64,000 bases of DNA from an uncultured delta proteobacterium (GTDB taxonomy: Bacteria > Desulfobacterota > Binatia > UBA9968), in the NCBI GenBank assembly GCA_963771465.1, contig CAVYTU010000008.1, forward strand, positions 192,001 through 256,000, written 5' to 3'. Under the pieces are notes generated by a model. The model worked only from the letters and a program-made list of their open reading frames with translations, did not search any database and was not told the DNA's origin. This document shows, in pieces, positions 56,354 through 64,000 of the stretch; positions within the stretch are counted from its first letter, which is position 1, and each line of letters opens with the position of its first letter. The position numbers were made by a program, and so were the translations under genes.

Positions 56354-57901
56354 TCATGGATTCGGCTTTAGACCTTTTCCCATGGCAAGCAAAAACATTA
56401 CGCTCTTACCGGCGCCATGGGGCGAGAAAAACTCCGTCACGTCGTCATCGAAGAACGTAAGTCCCGACGCGCTTAGCCGCTGGGCGTAGGCGGCGAGGTA
56501 GAGTTTGCCCGCCAGGATCGCCGCTTCGAGTTGCGCCGCGCGATAACCGCGGTTGCCGAACCGTTGCAGAACCACTTCGAGGTCGCTTAGAAAATAAACA
56601 TTGACGCTGCAATCGGCGGGAATTTCCTGCCCCAGTCCGAGATCGCCCGCCGCGCGGCGAAACTCGCCTTCTTTTAACAATTCCAGCGCGCCCTCGGCGC
56701 GCCGATAGAAATAAGCGCCCGCCGGCAGCTCATCGACCGCGTGAACGATCAAATAAATCGCGTTGAGAGATTCGTCCGAGCCGTTGAGAAAATCAGCGGA
56801 AATTCCGCGGCACACCCGATCGAGCGCAGTCGAAAGTTCTGTGAAGGTAATCGACAGGCGGGCAAAACGGCGCGCTGAACCGCGTCGAACGATCACTTCT
56901 TCGATCTTGTCCGGTGGCAGCGCGCCATCGTCCAACGGCTTGAGTGGAAACAAGCGCCCAGTTGTTTTTTGCTCGTGGCGCGCCGAAGCGCCGATCGCTT
57001 CTCCACGCCAAGCTGCCACCTCTGCTCCAGTCGCCAATGCGGAGGCGCGCTGGATTTCCCGTATCGCCGGATAATCAATTTCCTTCTTCGACAACGGCAC
57101 CGTCACCGGTGCAAGCGATGCAAGGACAGGTGCGGGCAGAACCGTGCCTTCACTCGATGCGCCGAGCGCAACCAGCGAAAGCGGCGCCTCCCGTTGGTCA
57201 TCCAATGCCAACAGCTCGCTCACGCTATCGTCGACGAAACCGGCAACCACATGTGCGGAAATAGCGCGCGCCGCCGCTGCGGCCAAGAGATTGGCGAGCA
57301 GGGTACCGTTGTCCCAGAAGCAATGACGGTAGGCGCGCGCCTGATACTTCCATGCATTGCGCCAAAATGTCGACGCCGAGATCACGCTGCACGGCGCTCC
57401 GGCGATCGCCGGCTCCGCCCCGCTGGCCGCCACCAGAACCGCGCGAAAGTCGCCCTGGCGCAAGCACCGCAGTGAAAAGTCATGGGGGCTGAAGTGATAC
57501 ACTCCCGCCGCCAAGTCTTCGATCGCGCCGCAGACCAAATACACATCGATGTGATAGAGCGCGCCGGTACACGCCGCGGCGCGAAACAGAATCTCGCCGC
57601 CAGAGTAAGTTCGTCGCCGCGTGATACCGGCAGAGAGAAAAAGCAGCGCCACAAGAACTTCGCGGGTTAACTTCGAACCACCTTGCGAACTCGTGGGAAA
57701 GGCGGAGATTGCGGCAAGCGCCGGCATTGCTGACGACGAAATTGTTTGGCTCAGCGCGCTCGGCTCGATCTCGGGATAAATCTTAAACGGCAACGGCTGG
57801 TTCTCCCAATCGAGATAATGCGGATTGGCGCGAATGCTTTGGTAGGAATGCTTGGTGCCGTTGTGATACGCCCAAGCGGCTTTTACGTCTCGGTTGTTCA
57901 T
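56354..57901 (-). CDS. SagB/ThcOx-type nitroreductase-family dehydrogenase (duplicated domain)
   Basis: YHNGTKH, LDWENQP, FRAAACTGALY, WKYQARAYR, second domain RRGSARRF..GNRGYR..FFDD. Confidence 0.85.
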   Translation of the reverse strand: MNNRDVKAAWAYHNGTKHSYQSIRANPHYLDWENQPLPFKIYPEIEPSALSQTISSSAMPALAAISAFPTSSQGGSKLTREVLVALLFLSAGITRRRTYSGGEILFRAAACTGALYHIDVYLVCGAIEDLAAGVYHFSPHDFSLRCLRQGDFRAVLVAASGAEPAIAGAPCSVISASTFWRNAWKYQARAYRHCFWDNGTLLANLLAAAAARAISAHVVAGFVDDSVSELLALDDQREAPLSLVALGASSEGTVLPAPVLASLAPVTVPLSKKEIDYPAIREIQRASALATGAEVAAWRGEAIGASARHEQKTTGRLFPLKPLDDGALPPDKIEEVIVRRGSARRFARLSITFTELSTALDRVCRGISADFLNGSDESLNAIYLIVHAVDELPAGAYFYRRAEGALELLKEGEFRRAAGDLGLGQEIPADCSVNVYFLSDLEVVLQRFGNRGYRAAQLEAAILAGKLYLAAYAQRLSASGLTFFDDDVTEFFSPHGAGKSVMFLLAMGKGLKPNP

Positions 57902-58007
57902 GCCCTGCTTGGGCACTCTTAACAGAATAAAAAGGCCGCAGCCATGGGCCGTCTACCCACTCGTCACTCGCCACGCATCACTAGAGCCGTCGCGCGGTTC
58001 CATAGGC

Positions 58008-59249
58008 TTAAACAGCGGGGTCGCCGCCCATCCGATAATCGCGTACGTGGGGAAAGCGCGCAACGAGAACAGCGACGATTAAGAGAATGATCAGCGCGCC
58101 GGTCATCACCGAAAGCTCCGCGCCGATCACGGCGGCGAGCGCGCCGGCTTGGAATTGGCCGAGCTGCGGGCCGCTGTTGGTAAAAATACTATTGATTGAC
58201 GACATGCGCCCGCGCAATTCATCGGGAGTGCTGAGCTGATTGATGGTCGCGCGCAGAATTGCGCTGATGGTGTCGCCAATGCCGACGCCGACGAGCATGA
58301 TGATCGACAGCCAAAAGAAGTGCGAGTGGGCGAAGCCGAGAAGGCAGATGCCGTAGATGGTCACGCCGAACAATATCCATCTTCCGGCTTGGCGCACCGG
58401 TCCCCATGTACTGAAACCAAACGCGCCGAGCAAAGATCCGGCGGCGCTGGCGGCATAGAGAATTCCTAAACCGCCGGGTCCGACGGCGAGAATATCGCGC
58501 GCATAGATCGGATAAAGCGATCGGATCGTGCCGAACAAGTTCGCGCCCAAGTCCATCATCAAGAACGGAAAGATCACGGCGTGATGCCAAACGAAACGAA
58601 ACCCGGCGCTCAGTGAACCTACTGAGATCGTACGCCAGCCGCCGTGCTCCGGCAATTGGACGCGAATGAGTGCCAGTGCCGCGAGCATGATCAGCCAGGA
58701 GAGCGCATCGATGGCATAACAAATACTCGGCCCTGCAAAGGCCAGGACGATGCCGGCAATGGACGGCCCGGCGATCGTCGCGATCTGGCGCTGGGTGCTC
58801 GAGATCGCCATGGCGCGCGACAAATCTTCCGCCGGCACGAGGTTGGTCACGATGGCGTGACGCGACGGCGCTTCCAGAGAGCTAAAAAAGGCCAAGAACA
58901 CGGTGATGACATAGAGCTTCCAAGGCGTCATCTGCCCGGTCAAAGTCAAAAGCGCGCACGCGCCGGACACGAAAAACAAACTCCCCTGGGTGATCATCAT
59001 CAGTTTGCGCCGGTTGATCGCGTCGGCGAGCAAACCGCCGAACAATAGAATCACCATCTGCGGCACCGCGCGCACCAAGCCGATCATACCGATCTGAAAC
59101 GGCGAGTTGGTCAACTCGTAAATCTGCCACGCCATCGCCACGGTGGTGAACTGGCTACCGACGCTGGAGAGCAACAGGCCTATCCAAAAAAGCCGGAAGT
59201 CCCGATGGCGCAGCGGTGAGAAAAGTTTTTTGCTACGCCGAGATGTCAT
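58008..59249 (-). CDS. MFS transporter (EntS/DHA3-like)
   Basis: PLRHRDFRLFW, GGLLADAINRRKL, about 12 TM segments, PDELRGRMSS. Confidence 0.92.
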   Translation of the reverse strand: MTSRRSKKLFSPLRHRDFRLFWIGLLLSSVGSQFTTVAMAWQIYELTNSPFQIGMIGLVRAVPQMVILLFGGLLADAINRRKLMMITQGSLFFVSGACALLTLTGQMTPWKLYVITVFLAFFSSLEAPSRHAIVTNLVPAEDLSRAMAISSTQRQIATIAGPSIAGIVLAFAGPSICYAIDALSWLIMLAALALIRVQLPEHGGWRTISVGSLSAGFRFVWHHAVIFPFLMMDLGANLFGTIRSLYPIYARDILAVGPGGLGILYAASAAGSLLGAFGFSTWGPVRQAGRWILFGVTIYGICLLGFAHSHFFWLSIIMLVGVGIGDTISAILRATINQLSTPDELRGRMSSINSIFTNSGPQLGQFQAGALAAVIGAELSVMTGALIILLIVAVLVARFPHVRDYRMGGDPAV

Positions 59250-59277
59250 TTCGCTTACACACGTAATGAAATCGCAA

Positions 59278-59308
59278 GGACAACCCCTCGGGGTTGCTCC
59301 TACCCAGC
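59278..59308 (-). repeat. GTAG-type REP-like palindrome
   Basis: The minus strand reads GTAGGAGCAACCCCGAGGGGTTGTCC. Confidence 0.5.
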
Positions 59309-59342
59309 CGAAGTTTTTGCGCCCTTTGCGGCTAAATCCCGC

Positions 59343-60164
59343 TTACTTCTGGCACGTGGGGCAATAAAATGCGCTGCGATTGCCGATAGCGACGCGCTTG
59401 ATCAGGCTCGGACAGACGCGGCATTTTTCTCCGTCGCGGTCGTAAACTCGCAAGTGATTTTGAAACTCGCCCGACTTGTTGTCAGCATCGCGGTAATCCG
59501 AAAACGACGTGCCGCACCAGCGGATCGCGTCCTCAAGCAAGCGCGGGATCGCGCCGGCGATCATCTGAACTTGTCCGCGCGTCAAGCGGCGCGCGCGAGT
59601 CGTCGGCTTGATCCCCGTAATGGCGAGAATCTCGTTGGCGTAAATATTGCCAAGGCCGGCGACAATCTGTTGGTCCAATAGCAGGTCGCGAATGCGCCGC
59701 TCCGAGCGGCGCGTGAAACCAAAGAGCAGCGCGCCGGTCAAGTCAGCGTCGAACGGATCGATGCCCAGCGAACTCAATTGCGGCAACGCAGACAGCGACT
59801 CGCGCTCTGTCACCAGCGCCAAACCGAAACGGCGCGGATCGTGGTAGCGTAGCTCCGTGCCGTCGTCGATGTCGACGACGATATGATCATGTTTACGCCG
59901 CGCCGTGTGCGGCCCGACACAAATCAATTTGCCCGACATGCCGAGATGAAACAGCCAAACGAGATCACCCGACAGCTGTAGCAAAATATATTTTGCGCGC
60001 CGCTCGATCGCTTCGATACGCCGGCCGACTAAGGATTGAAACGACCGCGCATCGACCGGTACGCGCAGCCGTGGTTCGAGCACTTGTACGCGCGCGATGG
60101 TTCGGTTCAACAAATGCGGCCGTAAACTACGGCAGACGGTTTCGACTTCGGGAAGCTCGGGCAT
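59343..60164 (-). CDS. mutM: Formamidopyrimidine-DNA glycosylase
   Basis: MPELPEVE, HLGMSG, DPRRFG, GLGNIYANE, C-terminal zinc finger. Confidence 0.97.
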   Translation of the reverse strand: MPELPEVETVCRSLRPHLLNRTIARVQVLEPRLRVPVDARSFQSLVGRRIEAIERRAKYILLQLSGDLVWLFHLGMSGKLICVGPHTARRKHDHIVVDIDDGTELRYHDPRRFGLALVTERESLSALPQLSSLGIDPFDADLTGALLFGFTRRSERRIRDLLLDQQIVAGLGNIYANEILAITGIKPTTRARRLTRGQVQMIAGAIPRLLEDAIRWCGTSFSDYRDADNKSGEFQNHLRVYDRDGEKCRVCPSLIKRVAIGNRSAFYCPTCQK

Positions 60165-60174
60165 GTCAATCCAT

Positions 60175-61044
60175 TTACAGAGGTCGGCAGTTAGCCGTCT
60201 GGAGATCGCTACGCCCGATGGCGCCGGCAAGTTGGATCAATTCGCCGACGCTGAGCGTCTCGCCGCGGCGTTTGGGATCGATGCTCTGCGCTAGCAAAAA
60301 GCGATCGAGCTCCGTTCGTTCGCATTTGAGCCAGGAGGTCATCGTGTTGCTCAAAGTTTTGCGCCGCTGGCCAAAGGCCGCGCGCACCAAGTCACGGAGA
60401 TTCGCCAACTCGCCGTCGCCGACCAACGGCTCGGTAAACAACTCGATCTTCAACACCGTCGAGCGCACTTTGGGCCGCGGAAAAAACGCCTCCGGGGACA
60501 CGTTGACTTTATCCGTGATACGGCCATGCACTTGGCACCACACCGATAGCGTGCCGTAATCTTTAGTCCCCGGTCCGCTGGCGATGCGGTCGGCGACTTC
60601 TTTCTGGACCATCAAAACCAAGGTCGAGAAATGCGCGCGCCATTCGAAAATACGAAACAAGACCGGCGTCGCGATGCTGTAGGGCAGGTTGCCGACGAGT
60701 TTAAGCTTTGCCTTGGGCAGTATTGGCGCCAGTGAAAGTTCCAGGATGTCGCCGTGGATGAGCTGAAACTTTGGATCAGCGGCGAATTCACTGCGGCGTA
60801 ATCTATCGACGAGTGCATCATCAATTTCCACGGCCCAGACTTTGCCCGCGCGCTCGATCAAGCGGCGCGTGAGAAAGCCCAAGCCCGGACCGATTTCAAA
60901 AACTTGATCGGTGCCATCGAGATCCAGTAGCCGAATGATCGATCCGATGACGTTTTCATGAATCAGAAAATTTTGCCCGCGCCTTTTCTTCGGGTGAAAA
61001 TTCGCTTCGCGCAGCAACGCCCGCACTTCTTCGTAAAGAGTCAC
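60175..61044 (-). CDS. rsmA: 16S rRNA adenine dimethyltransferase
   Basis: GQNFL, EIGPGLG, GNLPYSI, MVQKEVA, FGQRRKTL. GTG start after AAGGAG. Confidence 0.96.
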   Translation of the reverse strand: MTLYEEVRALLREANFHPKKRRGQNFLIHENVIGSIIRLLDLDGTDQVFEIGPGLGFLTRRLIERAGKVWAVEIDDALVDRLRRSEFAADPKFQLIHGDILELSLAPILPKAKLKLVGNLPYSIATPVLFRIFEWRAHFSTLVLMVQKEVADRIASGPGTKDYGTLSVWCQVHGRITDKVNVSPEAFFPRPKVRSTVLKIELFTEPLVGDGELANLRDLVRAAFGQRRKTLSNTMTSWLKCERTELDRFLLAQSIDPKRRGETLSVGELIQLAGAIGRSDLQTANCRPL

Positions 61045-61086
61045 GAAACTCCTTGAACCTTGTACGATCAAAACTTTAGAATCGAA

Positions 61087-62085
61087 CTAAAGCGTTAGGT
61101 CCGCATCGGCATTGAGACCTAAGTCATCGCGGCGGCCGCGCTTTAGCCAATGATAGCCGGTAAGCGCGATCATCGCCGCGTTGTCGGTGCAAAACTTGGG
61201 CGCTGGGCAAAACACTTGCAACCCTTCGGCCTCGGCTTTTTCTTTCATCTTTACGCGCAAGCGGCTGTTGGCCGCTACGCCGCCGGACAACACGATGCGG
61301 CCGAGGGAATTCGCCGCCGCCGCTTTGACTGTTGGATTGACCAGCATGTCGACCACCGCTTCTTGAAAGCTCGCGGCAATATCGGCTTGGCGCTCTTTCC
61401 AGCACGCCTCACCCTGATTTCTTAAATAATGCCACACCGCCGTCTTGATGCCGCTGAAACTAAATTCATAGGCGGAATCCTTTAGCTTCGCGCGCGGAAA
61501 ACGAATCGCCTTGGAATCGCCGCTCTTGGCCAGATTGTCGATGGCCCGCCCGCCGGGATAGCCGAGCCCGAGCAACTTCGCCACCTTGTCATAAGCTTCG
61601 CCGGCCGCGTCATCGCGTGTGCCGCCGAGAAAAAGATATTCGCCGACGCCGCGCACCGTGTAAAGCAATGTATGCCCCCCCGAGGCGAGCAGCGCAACGT
61701 AAGGAAACGCGACTTCATGTTCAAGATGAATCGCCAGCAGATGCGCTTCCAAATGATTGACGCCGACGTAGGGAATCCCGGTGCGAAACGACAGCCCCTT
61801 TACAAACGACAGGCCGACGAGGAGAGATCCGACAAGGCCGGGGCCGTAGGTCACCGCTATACCGTCGATATCCGACAACGACACGCCGGCGTTTTTAAGC
61901 GCGCCATCGACGATCGGCAACACGGATTGAATATGCTGACGCGATGCCAGCTCAGGGACCACGCCGCCGTACGGACCGTGCACTTGATCCTGCGACGAGA
62001 CGACGTTGGACAGAATTGTCTTGCCGTCTTTGAGCACAGCGGCGGCGGTGTCGTCGCAAGAACTTTCCACACCAAGAATTAACAT
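61087..62085 (-). CDS. tsaD: tRNA N6-adenosine threonylcarbamoyltransferase
   Basis: ILGVESSCDDT, GGVVPELASR, HLEAH, SGGHT, DDAAGEAYDK, FSFSG, CTDNAAMI. Confidence 0.97.
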   Translation of the reverse strand: MLILGVESSCDDTAAAVLKDGKTILSNVVSSQDQVHGPYGGVVPELASRQHIQSVLPIVDGALKNAGVSLSDIDGIAVTYGPGLVGSLLVGLSFVKGLSFRTGIPYVGVNHLEAHLLAIHLEHEVAFPYVALLASGGHTLLYTVRGVGEYLFLGGTRDDAAGEAYDKVAKLLGLGYPGGRAIDNLAKSGDSKAIRFPRAKLKDSAYEFSFSGIKTAVWHYLRNQGEACWKERQADIAASFQEAVVDMLVNPTVKAAAANSLGRIVLSGGVAANSRLRVKMKEKAEAEGLQVFCPAPKFCTDNAAMIALTGYHWLKRGRRDDLGLNADADLTL

Positions 62086-62098
62086 TACGAAGGGAAAC

Positions 62099-62881
62099 TC
62101 ACTTCGCGGCAGGCGAAGCGGATTGCGATTCGGCTGAGGTGCGCGCCAGTGCATCGCCGGCTGTGCGATTGCCAGAATTGAGACGCACGGCTTGATTGTA
62201 GCTCGCCTCTGCTTTCTGCGATTGACCTTGGGCGCGCAAATTCTCACCGCGCAGGGCATAAATCTCAGATAGCCAAAACGGCTCGCCGCTCAGTCGTGAT
62301 TCGGCGATATCGAGAAAATTAAGCGATTCGCGGAAACGCCCCAGGCGATACTGCGCTTTGGCGAGATAGAAATAGCCGTAGGGATTGGTCGAATCAATGA
62401 CAATAGTTTTTTCCAGACGAGTCAACGCTTTGGCGGGGTCACCCGCGTCAAGAATTTTTCTACCTTCGTCGGTCAGCCGCAGTGAAGCCGCGCGCTGCGG
62501 CAAGGTGCCCGGGGTGATTTTGGCCAGCAACGAACTATCGTCGGCGAGCGGCGGCGGCAACGCGGGCATCGACTCCGGCGAGGTGCGAGACTCGGGCACG
62601 CTCGCTTGTCGCGTTGGCTCCTTCGCCGGCGGTGTTTTGGCGCGAATATCTTGCTCGCGGATTTGGCTATCCTGGGATAAGCCTTTACGAGCCGGTTCTA
62701 TCGCGGCGGGCGCGGGCGGCGGCAATGGCACCGGATCAGGCGTCGCTCTTGGGACAGGAGGCGGACTGCTGCTAGGCGGCACGGGGATGCGATAGATTCG
62801 TTGCGGCGCGCAGCCAGCGAGAGTGCTTAACAGCATAGCGCCGGTGATAATCGCTCGATTTAAGATCGACTGGATGATCAT
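62099..62881 (-). CDS. TPR lipoprotein with Pro-rich linker (LpoP-like architecture)
   Basis: Lipobox LAGC, long Pro-rich linker, C-terminal TPRs; 14 bp downstream of a class A PBP. Confidence 0.8.
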   Translation of the reverse strand: MIIQSILNRAIITGAMLLSTLAGCAPQRIYRIPVPPSSSPPPVPRATPDPVPLPPPAPAAIEPARKGLSQDSQIREQDIRAKTPPAKEPTRQASVPESRTSPESMPALPPPLADDSSLLAKITPGTLPQRAASLRLTDEGRKILDAGDPAKALTRLEKTIVIDSTNPYGYFYLAKAQYRLGRFRESLNFLDIAESRLSGEPFWLSEIYALRGENLRAQGQSQKAEASYNQAVRLNSGNRTAGDALARTSAESQSASPAAK

Positions 62882-62895
62882 TTAAATTTATTGCT

Positions 62896-64000
62896 TCACA
62901 GCGCGTCAGCAGGCGCTTTTATCGGTGTCGTCACCGGCGCACAGGGCTCGCCGGGGGGTTCGCCCTCGCGTGTCGCCGAACCGCATTTAGTGATCGGGGC
63001 TTCGTCCGTCTCCAGCTTCATCGGCGGTCCAACGAAATCCGTTACCGGCATGCTCGCGGTGGCCTTCTTCATGAACTCCGTCCAAATGGGTAGCGCCGCT
63101 TCCGCGCCGGACAAACCGATCTTGCGCGGCCCGTCAAAACCAACCCAGACCACGGCCAGGAGATCCGGCGTATAACCGACAAACCAAGCGTCTTTGTAAT
63201 CGTTGGTCGTGCCGGTCTTGCCGGCGGCTGGCCGCGTAAAACCCCAGCGCCGCGCCATCGCTCCCGTGCCGCGGTCGAGCACGCCTTTGAGCAGCATATT
63301 CATCGCGTAAGCCAACTCGGGACTGATCACGGGTTCAGGTTTGACGTCGCGTCGTTCGAGTACTTTAGTGTTCTGATCCATCACTTGTTTCACCGCCAAC
63401 GGGCGAGTGCGCGCGCCGCCGTTGGCGAGTGTCGAGAACGCCACGGCGACCTCCAGTGGCGTAACTTCCACCGCGCCTAACGCCAACGCCGGCACCGCGG
63501 GCAAAGAGCTCTGAATGCCCAATCGATGCGCGACCTCGCGCACGCGCCGGATGCCGACGTCCTGCGCCACCCGCGCGGTGGCGGAATTGAGCGAGCTTTC
63601 CAAAGCCCGCCGCAGGGTCACTGCGCCGAAGTATTCATTGTTATAATTATGCGGCTGCCACTCTTGCCGATCATACGCCCAGGTGAACTGGCTATCGTTG
63701 ATCACCGTATCCGCGGAATATCTTGTGCCGCTTTGCCCGCCGTGCATCAACGCCGCCAGGTAAACGAATGGCTTGAAGACCGACCCCGGCTGGCGTTTGG
63801 CTTGAAACACGCGGTTGAACTGCGACTTGCCATAATTTCGCCCGCCGACCATAGCCTTGATTTCACCGGTCTGTGGCCGCATGACCACGATCGCGCCTTC
63901 TAAGCCGTCCTCCTCGGCTTTGCGTTTAAGCGCCGGATGGGCGGCTTCTAGCTTGTTCAATCCCTCGACCAACGCCCGCTCCGCCATTCGTTGAAGCTGC
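62896..64000 (-). CDS. Class A penicillin-binding protein (PBP1A/1B family), transpeptidase part, 5'-partial
   Basis: RQPGSVFKP (SxxK), SLN (SxN), KTGT motifs; the gene runs off the window edge. Confidence 0.93.
   Translation of the reverse strand, partial: QLQRMAERALVEGLNKLEAAHPALKRKAEEDGLEGAIVVMRPQTGEIKAMVGGRNYGKSQFNRVFQAKRQPGSVFKPFVYLAALMHGGQSGTRYSADTVINDSQFTWAYDRQEWQPHNYNNEYFGAVTLRRALESSLNSATARVAQDVGIRRVREVAHRLGIQSSLPAVPALALGAVEVTPLEVAVAFSTLANGGARTRPLAVKQVMDQNTKVLERRDVKPEPVISPELAYAMNMLLKGVLDRGTGAMARRWGFTRPAAGKTGTTNDYKDAWFVGYTPDLLAVVWVGFDGPRKIGLSGAEAALPIWTEFMKKATASMPVTDFVGPPMKLETDEAPITKCGSATREGEPPGEPCAPVTTPIKAPADAL

Noticed and set aside
56354-57901. SagB-like dehydrogenase as a sign of an azole RiPP cluster
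   Set aside because: No YcaO, E1-like protein or precursor peptide is nearby; it sits among housekeeping genes.

Overview
A 64 kb bacterial chromosomal window of moderately high GC. The gene content (many orphan solute-binding proteins, single-Cys Asp/Glu-racemase-family proteins, intergenic heptamer and nonamer palindromes) suggests Candidatus Binatia or a related deltaproteobacterial lineage; this is inference only. From left to right: (1) an FhlA-like sigma-54 activator followed by two sigma-54 promoters that share an identically spaced tandem-palindrome enhancer, driving an SDR, a STAS-like protein, thioredoxin and several small ORFs; (2) a visibly more AT-rich, LysR-associated catabolic block (about 6.7-16.3 kb) next to the 3' end of comM; (3) a catabolism and solute-binding region with a tandem array of six ABC_sub_bind-type paralogs, four frameshifted near their 5' ends, one reduced to a 5' fragment and one intact; (4) a minus-strand run of cyclase-AAA-TPR protein, three NRPS genes with no thioesterase (A-T / C-A-T-C-A-T / dock-C-A-T-C), a secreted alpha/beta hydrolase and a small Lys/Ala-rich protein, where the third NRPS appears to need an ATA start and in-frame heptamer/REP insertions sit in equivalent A-domain loops; (5) housekeeping genes (NfeD/SPFH, nitroreductase, MFS, mutM, rsmA, tsaD, an LpoP-like lipoprotein and a partial class A PBP). 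No rRNA, tRNA, CRISPR array, integrase or transposase was recognised. All calls come from reading motifs by eye; no database search was run.
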